From NCBI GenBank assembly GCA_965219685.1, contig CBDCOH010000002.1, forward strand, positions 3,744,001 to 3,808,000: 64,000 nucleotides of DNA. Direction: 5' to 3'. Below the pieces are notes generated by a model that did no database searches, was not told where the DNA came from, and worked only from the letters and a program-made list of their open reading frames with translations. Of this stretch, positions 17,997 to 26,904 are shown in pieces (position 1 is the first letter of the stretch; every line of letters begins with the position of its first letter). A program made the translations under genes and the position numbers. The stretch comes from Candidatus Spongiisociaceae bacterium. GTDB lineage: Bacteria; Actinomycetota; Acidimicrobiia; Spongiisociales; Spongiisociaceae.

Positions 17997-18908
17997 TCAG
18001 GGGGTGTCCGTCCGTAGGTCGCTTCGTGGCACTCCGGAAGCGGCGGGGGCCGGTCCCGTCGACGCAGCGACGGGAGGGCGAGCCAGGCTCCGGAACCAGT
18101 ACAGGTCTCTTCCCCCGGCCCGCGGCACGCGTTCCGCCCTCACTCCGAACACGGGTTCCAGCACCTCCGGTACCAAGACCGCCTCGGTAGCCCCGGCCGC
18201 TCGGACGCGACCACCCTGCAGCACGACGATGTGATCGCAGTACTCCGCCGCCAGATTCACGTCATGGATCGATATGAGGGTGGTCACGCCCACGGAACGG
18301 ACGAGATCGAGGACCTCCAGTTGGTAGCGGATGTCGAGGTGGTTGGTGGGTTCGTCGAGGATCAAAACGCGCGCCTCCTGGACGAGAGCGCGCGCGACCA
18401 GCGCCCGTTGCTTCTCCCCCCCGGACAGGGTGCCGAACGACCGAATCGCCAGCGCCGCAATGCCCACCTGAGCGAGAGCGTCGTCGACGCGTCTGCGGTC
18501 CTCGGCGGATTCCCCGGCGAAGGCCGGCTGGTACGGGCTGCGTCCCATCGCGACCACTTCCCGCACGGTGAACTCGAAGTCGGTCCTCGGCTCCTGCACG
18601 ACGACGGCGATGCGCCTGGCGGCTTCGAGCGGGCGCAACTCCCACAGGTCGTCCTCGCCCACCACTACGTGCCCGAGCCGCGGTCGCAGCATCCGGTACG
18701 CGGCTCTTAGCAGCGTGGTCTTGCCGCTGCCGTTCGGCCCGACGATCCCCACGACCTGGCCAGGGTCGACCGCCAGGCTGACCTCGGAGCAGATCTCGAC
18801 CGAGCCCACCGCCACCGTCACGCCGGACAGCCTCAGCGACAGTGGGGTGGGCCCGGCATCGTTCGGCGGTGGCTCGGGAATGCCGGCCTCCGAGTGGTCA
18901 CCGGGCAT
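17997..18908 (-). CDS. Siderophore/cobalamin-type ABC ATPase (FepC-like)
   Basis: GPNGSGKT, LSGGEKQR, LDEPTNHLD. Confidence 0.9.
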   Translation of the reverse strand: MPGDHSEAGIPEPPPNDAGPTPLSLRLSGVTVAVGSVEICSEVSLAVDPGQVVGIVGPNGSGKTTLLRAAYRMLRPRLGHVVVGEDDLWELRPLEAARRIAVVVQEPRTDFEFTVREVVAMGRSPYQPAFAGESAEDRRRVDDALAQVGIAALAIRSFGTLSGGEKQRALVARALVQEARVLILDEPTNHLDIRYQLEVLDLVRSVGVTTLISIHDVNLAAEYCDHIVVLQGGRVRAAGATEAVLVPEVLEPVFGVRAERVPRAGGRDLYWFRSLARPPVAASTGPAPAASGVPRSDLRTDTP

Positions 18909-20001
18909 GGCCGGATCCTCGTAGCCGGGAGCGGAGGAGCAGGGCGAAGACCGGCGCGCCGACAAGGGCGGTTATCACCCCGATAGGCAGCTCGCGTGGC
19001 GCGATCACCAGCCGCGCGACCACGTCCGACCACAGCAGGAAGAGCGCCCCGACGAGGGCCGCGAGCGGGAGGGCCCGGCGGTGGTCGGATCCCACCACCA
19101 TCCGCGCCGCATGCGGTATGACGAGCCCCACGAACCCCACCCCGCCGGCCAGCGCGACCGAGGTGCCGGTCAGGAGCGCGACGACCACGAAGAGAACGCG
19201 GCGGAGACGATCCGGGGGCACACCCATGCTCGTCGCAGTCTCGTCGCCGAAGAGAAGCAGGTTCAGCGCCCGAGCCCGGGCCAGGAGATAGACGAGCCCG
19301 ATGACGAGGAGAACGGCCGGCAGCCCCAGCCGGTCCCACCGCGCGCCGCCCAGCGCGCCGAGCATCCAGAAGAGCGCGAGGCGTGCCGTCTGGCTCTGCT
19401 CGCTGATGAAGATGAGCATGCTGGTGAGGGCCGAGAAGAGGAAGCTCACCGCGATCCCGGCGAGCACCATGCGCAACGGACTGAGGCCACCCGACGAATT
19501 CGCCAGCAGGAACGCCAGTCCGTAGCCGACGAGGCCACCCGCGAACGCGGCAACCGGCAGCGTGTAGGTTCCCGCAAACGCCCAGCCGAGCACCATGACG
19601 CTCACTGCGCCGACTGCTGCGCCAGACGTCCCTCCGAGGATCGTGGGGTCAGCCAGCGGGTTCCGCACCATCGCCTGGAGCACTGCGCCGACCACGGCGA
19701 GCGTTGCCCCGACCAGCACGGCGAGGAGCGCGCGCGGGAGACGGACGTACCACACGATCCGCTCGTGAGCGGCCAGCCAGTCGGCCGGTACCGCGTCGGG
19801 CCGGAGCTGGTGGATCCCGATCCGCCACGCCGTCCCGGGGGAGATGTCCGCCGGCCCCAGGGTCACTGCCAGCACGATCGACAAGGCCAGGGCGACGCAG
19901 AGCGCCACCAGCACCGCCGCCAAGCCGAGCCCCGCCATCCCGCGACGGCGCCCGACGTCGTCCTGTGAACGGGCCGGCCCGGTTCTCTGGGATGACCTCA
20001 T
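18898..20001 (-). CDS. FecCD family permease
   Basis: RLPR, RNPLADP, GFVGLVIPH, ELPIG. Confidence 0.9.
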   Translation of the reverse strand: MRSSQRTGPARSQDDVGRRRGMAGLGLAAVLVALCVALALSIVLAVTLGPADISPGTAWRIGIHQLRPDAVPADWLAAHERIVWYVRLPRALLAVLVGATLAVVGAVLQAMVRNPLADPTILGGTSGAAVGAVSVMVLGWAFAGTYTLPVAAFAGGLVGYGLAFLLANSSGGLSPLRMVLAGIAVSFLFSALTSMLIFISEQSQTARLALFWMLGALGGARWDRLGLPAVLLVIGLVYLLARARALNLLLFGDETATSMGVPPDRLRRVLFVVVALLTGTSVALAGGVGFVGLVIPHAARMVVGSDHRRALPLAALVGALFLLWSDVVARLVIAPRELPIGVITALVGAPVFALLLRSRLRGSGHAR

Positions 20002-21329
20002 AATTCGGCCGTCCGCCAGGTCCCCTGGCGGTAGCGCCACCAGGCCCCGGCACTCCGCATCGCGAAGTAGGCGATCCCTGCGATGTAGATGCCGGGAAGA
20101 CCCCAACCGGCCTCGACGGCGAGCAGCCACGCCAGCGGCACCATTACCAGGTAGCTGGAAGCCGTTGACGTGTAGAAGACCCACTTCGAGTCACCGGCGG
20201 CGCGCAGCACCGCGGCCAGCACCATACTCGTGGCCATGAGCGGCACCTGCATAGCCAGGAAGGGAAGGGCCCGCACGGCCTGCGCCACCACTTCTCCATC
20301 GGGGGTCAGCAGGTGCAGGATCGTGGACGGCGCGACGAGCACCGGCGCCAGGACGATCGCCGGCAGCGCGATCATCAGCAGCAACCCGGCCCGCTCGGTC
20401 AGCGCCACCGAGCGCTCGTCGAGGCTGCCGAGGCTCTGCCCGACGAGGATGGACACGCCTGTCGAGAGCGCCCAGATCATCGTCCAGAGAACGTGCTGTA
20501 CGTTGGCGACTACCTGCATACCGGCGATGACCACGGTGCCGAGCGACGCGACGGTCCCGAGCACGAGGACGTTGCTGACGTAGCCCAGGAAGAGCATGAC
20601 CGTCTCGGGCCAACCGATCGACCACAGCCGGGGAAGCACCGTCCGAGCCTCGTGCAGGTGCGCGATTCGGAACAGCTCGTATCTGACCCGGAACCTCGTC
20701 CAGCCGAACCGGGCCATGTAGGCGCAGCCGACGGTCACGGCGATCACGGTCCCGACACCGGCGCCGAGGAGATCCCAGCCGACCACGAAGATCAGGACGT
20801 AGTTCAGCGGGACGTTGATCAGGTTTACGAGGAGCGTCATACGCATTGCCACCTTGGTCTCCCCCACGCCCGCGTAGACGGCGCGGAACATGGCCGTGAC
20901 GGCCGCGAGGGGTGCGGCGAGGGCGAGCACACGGAGATACGGCACACCCTCGGCCCGTACAGCCTCGCTCACATCGAACACTGCGAGGAGGGAACCCGCG
21001 CCGATGCTCAGGGCGAGGAGGACCAGGAGGCCGGCGCCGAGACCGACGACCATCGACACGTCCAGCAACTGCCCCACGGCGGCCGGACGACTCTCGCCGT
21101 ACCGTCGGGCGGCGATCGCCTGTGCGGCGGTCGCCCACCCGCTGAACAGCATGCCCGCCGCGATGTTCACGGACGAGGCGACGGCCGCTGCCGCCAGTGC
21201 CTCGGTGGAGACACGGCTGATCATGGCGGTGTCGACGACTCCGAGCAGGATCTGCGACAGGTTGCCGACGATGATCGGCGAACTCAGGGCGAGGACGCGC
21301 TTCAGCGCGGCTCCCTGAGGCGTCGTCAC
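19998..21329 (-). CDS. MATE family efflux transporter
   Basis: VDTAMI, NVPLNYVLIF, GQSLG, LRAAGD; many TM segments. Confidence 0.88.
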   Translation of the reverse strand: MTTPQGAALKRVLALSSPIIVGNLSQILLGVVDTAMISRVSTEALAAAAVASSVNIAAGMLFSGWATAAQAIAARRYGESRPAAVGQLLDVSMVVGLGAGLLVLLALSIGAGSLLAVFDVSEAVRAEGVPYLRVLALAAPLAAVTAMFRAVYAGVGETKVAMRMTLLVNLINVPLNYVLIFVVGWDLLGAGVGTVIAVTVGCAYMARFGWTRFRVRYELFRIAHLHEARTVLPRLWSIGWPETVMLFLGYVSNVLVLGTVASLGTVVIAGMQVVANVQHVLWTMIWALSTGVSILVGQSLGSLDERSVALTERAGLLLMIALPAIVLAPVLVAPSTILHLLTPDGEVVAQAVRALPFLAMQVPLMATSMVLAAVLRAAGDSKWVFYTSTASSYLVMVPLAWLLAVEAGWGLPGIYIAGIAYFAMRSAGAWWRYRQGTWRTAEL

Positions 21330-21414
21330 CGTGACGGCGGCTTCGACGGAGGTGGCGAGTGCTCAGTCGTCCGGATGAGCGGAGACTCAGTCCTGCGGTG
21401 ACGCCTGCCGCCGG

Positions 21415-22548
21415 CTAACGAGCGGCGCTCACACTGCGCACCGCGGTCGCCACCTTTGTGAGGCCGTCGAGATTCTGTGGGCCGGGCACGCTCTGGAGAA
21501 ACGTCAGCGTCACGTAATGACCGTTCACGACCGCCGGCATGCCTGACAGGGCCGGGTTGGACTCGAGGAAGTCGCGGTTCGCAGCCGGACCACCGAAGCC
21601 GTAGTCGACGAGAATGATCAGTTCCGGGTCGCCCTCGACGACGCTCTCCCATTCCACCGTGCCCCACGTACCGCTGGCGTCCGCGAGGATGTTCACACCG
21701 CCGGCGCGGCTGATGATGTCCGACATCACGGAGCCGCCGAGCGCTGTGAACGGAGCCTCCTCACCCGAGTCGAAGTAGAAGACGCGGACCTGCTCGCCGG
21801 CGGGGATGGCCGCGGCGACGTCCTCGATCTGGCGCTCCCACGCGGCGATGAGTTCCTCGCCGCGGTCCTCGACCCCGAAGATCTGCGCCACGGCGCGGAC
21901 GTCGTTGAACATGACTTCGAGCGTGACCTTGCCCGCGAAGTCGGGGCAGGCCTCCGTGAACGAGAAACTGTGCACATCGGCGTCGCGCAGGTTCTGCGCC
22001 GTGAGACCCGCGCCCTCGTTGAATCCGTAGCTGAACACCAGATCGGGCCCGGGGGCGAGGACCGCCTCCAGCGAGGGGTACGGGAAGCTGCCACCCAGCC
22101 GCTCGACCAGCGCTGCTCGGGCCTGGTGCTGCGGTTGGAGCCGGTCGGGGGTGCCTCCGAAGTACCCGATGACGTGACCCTGCAACCCGAGAGACATCAA
22201 CACTTCCAGAGCGCTCGTGTCGGTGGCGACCACACGCTGCGGAACCGCGTCGTAGACGGTCTCCACGCTGCAGTTGCTGATCGTCACGCCGGGCGGATCG
22301 GGCATGGCGGTGGTCGTGGTGATCTGCGCCGTAGTCGTTGGCGTCGTCGTTGTGGTCGTCGGCTCGGGCATGGCGGTGGTCGTGGTGTTCTGCGTAGTCG
22401 AGGTCACGGCCGCCGCGGTGGGGGCGGGGGTTGCTGCCGTCTCCTCGCCGTCCGAGCAGGCCGCGGCGAAGAGCGCGATCATCAGGCTCAGCCCTCCCAG
22501 CAGCGCCAGTGGCTTGCGGCCGGATCGGTCCCATACTCTGTTCTTCAT
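21415..22548 (-). CDS. TroA-fold siderophore/cobalamin-type binding lipoprotein
   Basis: AAAC lipobox, Thr-rich linker, PQRVVA, AGGVNI, WESV; AGGAG RBS. Confidence 0.85.
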   Translation of the reverse strand: MKNRVWDRSGRKPLALLGGLSLMIALFAAACSDGEETAATPAPTAAAVTSTTQNTTTTAMPEPTTTTTTPTTTAQITTTTAMPDPPGVTISNCSVETVYDAVPQRVVATDTSALEVLMSLGLQGHVIGYFGGTPDRLQPQHQARAALVERLGGSFPYPSLEAVLAPGPDLVFSYGFNEGAGLTAQNLRDADVHSFSFTEACPDFAGKVTLEVMFNDVRAVAQIFGVEDRGEELIAAWERQIEDVAAAIPAGEQVRVFYFDSGEEAPFTALGGSVMSDIISRAGGVNILADASGTWGTVEWESVVEGDPELIILVDYGFGGPAANRDFLESNPALSGMPAVVNGHYVTLTFLQSVPGPQNLDGLTKVATAVRSVSAAR

Positions 22549-22628
22549 GTCTCCTCGACTTCGCTGTTGGCACCCCGGCGGCGTCCCGGCTTCCATCGGG
22601 CAGGCGCCGAGGACTGCCGGAGTATCAG

Positions 22629-22643
22629 GAATGATAATCATTC
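22629..22643. promoter_or_regulatory. Fur-family box
   Basis: Perfect palindrome GAATGAT-A-ATCATTC upstream of the SBP gene. Confidence 0.7.
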
Positions 22644-22686
22644 TAAATGATACAGGAAATGGAGGACGGAGGACCAGCGACGGAGA

Positions 22687-23499
22687 TCAACTCCGGCCGG
22701 GGCCGATCGGCAGGCAGATCACCCGACCGGATTCGGGGTCGGTGAAGATCTTCGCTGCTACCCCGAAGACCGTTCGCATCAGTTCGACGGTGAGCACTGC
22801 GGCGGGCGGACCGTCCGCCACGATCCGGCCACTGTCCACCACGACGACACGGTCTGCATAGTTCGCTGCGTGCAGGAGGTCGTGGAGCACCATGACGACC
22901 GTCATGTCGCCGCTCGCGCAGAGGGACGCAACGAGGTCGAGAACCTCGAACTGGTGCCGGATGTCGAGGAATGTGGTCGGCTCGTCCAGAAGCAGGGTGC
23001 CGGCGCCTTGCGCGAGAGCGAGCGCGATCCATGCGCGCTGGCGTTCGCCCCCGGAGAGTTCGTCCACGGGTCGCTCCGCGAAATCGGTCAAGCCGGTAAG
23101 CGTGAGCGCAGACTCCACGGCGAGTGTGCCCTCGGCGCCGAGTCGTCCGAACAGCCCGGTATGGGGGAAGCGGCCCAGCTCGACGAGCTCGCGAACGGTG
23201 AGGCCCGGTGGGCTCGATGGAGATTGGGGAAGGACGGATACCAGGCGGGCGATATCGCGGGATCCGAAGCTCCGGATGTCCTGCCCGTCGAGGAGCACGA
23301 CGCCGCTCCGCGCCGGAAGCAGCCGGGCCATCGCCCGGATCACCGTGGACTTCCCCGACCCGTTCGGCCCGACGATGGCGGTGATAGTGCCCTGCTGCAG
23401 CCCCAGGTCGAGGCCGTCGAGCACGATCCGCTTCCCGTAGCCGGCGCTGACCTGTGCCAGCTTGATGGGTTTGGCGTCGTTGATCCGGGGATGGTTCAT
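22687..23499 (-). CDS. Siderophore ABC ATPase (FhuC/FepC-like)
   Basis: GPNGSGKS, LSGGERQRAW, LDEPTTFLD. Confidence 0.9.
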   Translation of the reverse strand: MNHPRINDAKPIKLAQVSAGYGKRIVLDGLDLGLQQGTITAIVGPNGSGKSTVIRAMARLLPARSGVVLLDGQDIRSFGSRDIARLVSVLPQSPSSPPGLTVRELVELGRFPHTGLFGRLGAEGTLAVESALTLTGLTDFAERPVDELSGGERQRAWIALALAQGAGTLLLDEPTTFLDIRHQFEVLDLVASLCASGDMTVVMVLHDLLHAANYADRVVVVDSGRIVADGPPAAVLTVELMRTVFGVAAKIFTDPESGRVICLPIGPGRS

Positions 23500-24521
23500 C
23501 TGGTGCTCCGCCGGATCAGGAAAATGAGCAGTGGCGCCCCGAAGACGGCCAGGACGGCCCCGACCGGAAGGCCCACCCGGTAGGCCGAGGAGGGAATCGG
23601 TGGCTTGATGGAGAACGATTGGGCGACGAGGTCAGCCGCCAGCAGGAGCACGCAGCCGATGAGGGCGGCCAGCGGCAGGACACGGCGCGCGTCGGCGCCG
23701 ACGATGGCCCGGGCGGCGTTGGGCGCCATCAGGCCGACGAATGCGATAGCTCCGGAGACACTTACCGCCCCGGCGGCCAAGGCCGCGGCCAGCCCGAATA
23801 GCGCGACTCGGGCAGGCTGCAACGGGAGGCCGAGAGCGCGGCCTGACTCGTCGTCGAGCTGGAGCAGGTTCGCGGCCCGGGCGGCCAGCAACCCGGCTGC
23901 GATGCCGACGGCGGCCCATGGCAGCGCCAGCCAGACGTCGTCCCAGATGCGGCCATGCAGCGACCCGATGAGCCAGGAGAGGATGTTTCCAAGGGCGTAC
24001 GAAGAGCGCAGCATCACGATCGCGGTCAGCGATCCGAGGATCGCGTTGACGATTACTGCCGTGAGGATCAGTCGCAAGGGATCGATGCGTCCGCGCGCCG
24101 AACTCGCGAAGAGCACCAGTATCCCTCCCGCCAGGGCGCCGAGCAGCACGACGAACGGAAGCAACCGGCCGGGTTGAGGCAGGCCCCATGTGCCCGCGAG
24201 GAAGAGGACCGCAGCGAGAATCCCCCCGGTGGAGACACCGGTGAGTCCGGGCTCGGCGAGGCGATTGCGCATGACTACCTGCAGCAATGCCCCCGAGAGG
24301 CCCAGCATGCAACCCACCAGGAGTCCGAGGATCGCGCGAGGCAGCCGCAGATCCCAGACGATGGTCCGGTCCGTGGGGTCCGTCAATCCGTCCACGAGGG
24401 CGAGGATGACACGATCCGGTGGGATCCAGACGGTGCCCAGTCCGAGGTGGAGGATGAAGAGGGCGACTGCCGCAGCGCCGGCCGCCAGCATGAGGGCCAC
24501 GAACGAACGCGTCGATGTCAC
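23496..24521 (-). CDS. FecCD family permease
   Basis: LRLPR, RNRLAEP, FVGLMAP. Confidence 0.9.
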   Translation of the reverse strand: MTSTRSFVALMLAAGAAAVALFILHLGLGTVWIPPDRVILALVDGLTDPTDRTIVWDLRLPRAILGLLVGCMLGLSGALLQVVMRNRLAEPGLTGVSTGGILAAVLFLAGTWGLPQPGRLLPFVVLLGALAGGILVLFASSARGRIDPLRLILTAVIVNAILGSLTAIVMLRSSYALGNILSWLIGSLHGRIWDDVWLALPWAAVGIAAGLLAARAANLLQLDDESGRALGLPLQPARVALFGLAAALAAGAVSVSGAIAFVGLMAPNAARAIVGADARRVLPLAALIGCVLLLAADLVAQSFSIKPPIPSSAYRVGLPVGAVLAVFGAPLLIFLIRRSTR

Positions 24522-24522
24522 G

Positions 24523-25560
24523 TCAACGGGTCAGTCTCAGATTCGGGCGGCGGAGGAGCACGAGGATCATCGGAGCGGCCAGGAGGGTCGTGCACAGCCC
24601 CACGGGAAGCTCGCCCGGGTAGATCACGACCTTGGCAAGCACGTCGGACGCCACCAACAGCAGCGCGCCGATCAATGTGGCCGCCGGAAAGAGAAGCCTC
24701 GCATCCGGCCGTACGACTATCAGCCGAGCGATGTGTGGCGTCAGGAGCCCGACCCAGGCGATCGGCCCGGCGACGGCCACGATGCTCCCTACGAGCAACG
24801 CCGCCAGCGCGACGAAGACGCCGCGCATCCGCCTTGCCGGCATCCCCAGCGACGAGGTGACATCCTCGTCCAACTGGAGCACGTTGGCGCCCCGAGCGAG
24901 GAGGAAGGCTATCGGGATCCCCGCCAGCACCCACGGCCACACGAGCCGGACATGATCCCATGTCCTGCCCGAGAGGTTGCCGACCGTGAAGAGGAAGAAG
25001 ACCCGCACGGCGCCGGACGAGGCGGCGAGGCCGATTGTCGCCAGGATGATCCCGTGGAGGAGCGCCGCAACCGCGACACCGGTCAGCGCGGCTTCTACCG
25101 GTGATCGCGCGCCCCGCGATGCCACGAGGACGATCAGGCCTCCGCCGAGTCCCCCGGCAAGGGCCACCACGGGATGAAGCGCGAACAGGACCGGTGCGTT
25201 CAGCAGCAGGATGATCGCCATTGCCAGCGATGCGCCGGCCGACACGCCGAGCAGCCCCGGCGAGGCCAGCGGGTTCCTGAGAACGACCTGGAGGATGGCC
25301 CCGGATAGCCCGAGCGCCGCGCCGGCGAGCAGTGCCAGGATCAGGCGCGGCAGCCCCAACTCACGGACCACGAGCCGTTCGATCCGGCCGCCGGACTCGC
25401 CGAGCAGGATGCCGGGAAGTTGCCCTGGCGCCACTCTCGGCTCGACCATGCTCAGGTGGATCACGGCGAGGGCGGCAAGTGCCGCGAGGATCGCTCCGAC
25501 GGCGATCAGCCGTAACCAGGACCAGCCCGGAGCCGCTGCCGCGCCCGGGGGCGTGATCAA
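24523..25560 (-). CDS. FecCD family permease
   Basis: LPR, RNPLASP, WVGLLTPH, ELPVG. Confidence 0.9.
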   Translation of the reverse strand: MITPPGAAAAPGWSWLRLIAVGAILAALAALAVIHLSMVEPRVAPGQLPGILLGESGGRIERLVVRELGLPRLILALLAGAALGLSGAILQVVLRNPLASPGLLGVSAGASLAMAIILLLNAPVLFALHPVVALAGGLGGGLIVLVASRGARSPVEAALTGVAVAALLHGIILATIGLAASSGAVRVFFLFTVGNLSGRTWDHVRLVWPWVLAGIPIAFLLARGANVLQLDEDVTSSLGMPARRMRGVFVALAALLVGSIVAVAGPIAWVGLLTPHIARLIVVRPDARLLFPAATLIGALLLVASDVLAKVVIYPGELPVGLCTTLLAAPMILVLLRRPNLRLTR

Positions 25561-26795
25561 GGCAGAGGGGCCGGGAACGCCTCCGGGTAGATCTTCGGCA
25601 TCGCCTCGTCCAGCACGAAGTTCGTACCGTTGATGCCTCGGGAGGTACCCCAGATGAAGAAGTCCACCTCGTGTACCTCGCCATTCTGGACTGCCACGAG
25701 CTCTCTCCAGATCACATTGTCCACGAGCTGCTCGGACACCGGCTCCGGGGGTGTAGGCCCGAATCCGTAGGTCTGGACGAAGATGACATCGGGATCGACA
25801 GCTAGCAACTGCTCCACGGAGAAGCTCACGAACGGATTGTGGACATCACAGCTGGTGAACTCCGGGGGGTATGCCGTTGCGTGAGCCAGCGCATCTATGG
25901 CCGGCGTGCACACCGTTTCGGCGCCGATATTGACATCGGACCCGTACACCACCATGACGGACCTCTCGGTGGTGACTCCCGCAACGTACTGCTCGAGCCG
26001 GGCCTCGAATGCCGCCACCGCGTCCTCAGCCTCGTGTTCCATTCCGAGGAGGATTCCGACCTCGACGACATGAGCGAGCATTCCTTCGACGCCGATCGGG
26101 TTGACGATGAACAGGGGTGCGATGCTCTCGAGGGCGGCGCGCAGCCCGTCATGAACGCCGCCGAGTCCGATGACTATGTCGGGCTCCGCATGCGCGATGT
26201 CTTCCAGGCTCGGCTCGAAGAAGGATCCGCTGATGGGCCCGATCTCGTTCTCGTCCGGTCCCCAGTAGGCGGGATCCCGGTGTAGCAGGTCATTGGCGGC
26301 AACCGGCTTGATCCCGAGTACGAACAGAGTGTCGACGCAGAGTCCCGTGAGGCAGACAACCCGGACCGCCGGCGCCTCCAGCGTGACCATCTCACCGGTA
26401 GCGTCTTCGACGGTGCGGGGCTGATCAGACATCGCCCCATCCGCGTGGTCGTCGTCTTCGTGGTCATGGTCCGCGTGGTCGTCGTCGTGGTCGTCGTCGT
26501 CGTGGTTGTCGTCTTCGTGGTCATGGTCCGCGTGGTCGTCGTCTTCGTGTTCGTCGTCGTCGTCGGCGTGGTCGTCTTCGTGTTCGTCGTCTTCTTCTTC
26601 GTGGTCGTGTTCGTCGGTTGTCGGGGGTGCAGAGGTGGTGGTTGTGGTCTCGGCCATCACGGTGGTTGCCACCGTGATGTCGCTCGCGTCATCCCCGCCG
26701 CAGGCCGTTGCTACCAAGAACAGCGCAAACATCGCGGCGGCGGCCCGGGCAATCCGACCGGGTCCGGCCTTGGGTCCCTGGACACGCGACATCAC
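25557..26795 (-). CDS. Iron-siderophore-type binding lipoprotein with His/Asp-rich linker
   Basis: TAC lipobox; DEHDHEEEDDEH... tract; PSLEDI..EPD and AVQNGEV motifs. Confidence 0.85.
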   Translation of the reverse strand: MMSRVQGPKAGPGRIARAAAAMFALFLVATACGGDDASDITVATTVMAETTTTTSAPPTTDEHDHEEEDDEHEDDHADDDDEHEDDDHADHDHEDDNHDDDDHDDDHADHDHEDDDHADGAMSDQPRTVEDATGEMVTLEAPAVRVVCLTGLCVDTLFVLGIKPVAANDLLHRDPAYWGPDENEIGPISGSFFEPSLEDIAHAEPDIVIGLGGVHDGLRAALESIAPLFIVNPIGVEGMLAHVVEVGILLGMEHEAEDAVAAFEARLEQYVAGVTTERSVMVVYGSDVNIGAETVCTPAIDALAHATAYPPEFTSCDVHNPFVSFSVEQLLAVDPDVIFVQTYGFGPTPPEPVSEQLVDNVIWRELVAVQNGEVHEVDFFIWGTSRGINGTNFVLDEAMPKIYPEAFPAPLP

Positions 26796-26840
26796 GACCC
26801 TCCTTCGCTGGGTTTCTCCTCCGCTCGACTATGGTAACGG

Positions 26841-26855
26841 GAGTGATTCTCATTC
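26841..26855. promoter_or_regulatory. Fur-family-like box in divergent promoter
   Basis: GAGTGATTCTCATTC (rc GAATGAGAATCACTC) resembles the boxes at 22629 and 30576. Confidence 0.6.
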
Positions 26856-26904
26856 GCAATAGGGACTCGTGCCGATACCGGCGGCGGAGGAGCGAGGACC
26901 GCAT

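Noticed and set aside
22549-22686. Cobalamin riboswitch before the SBP gene
   Set aside because: No B12-box motifs; a Fur-type palindrome is present instead.
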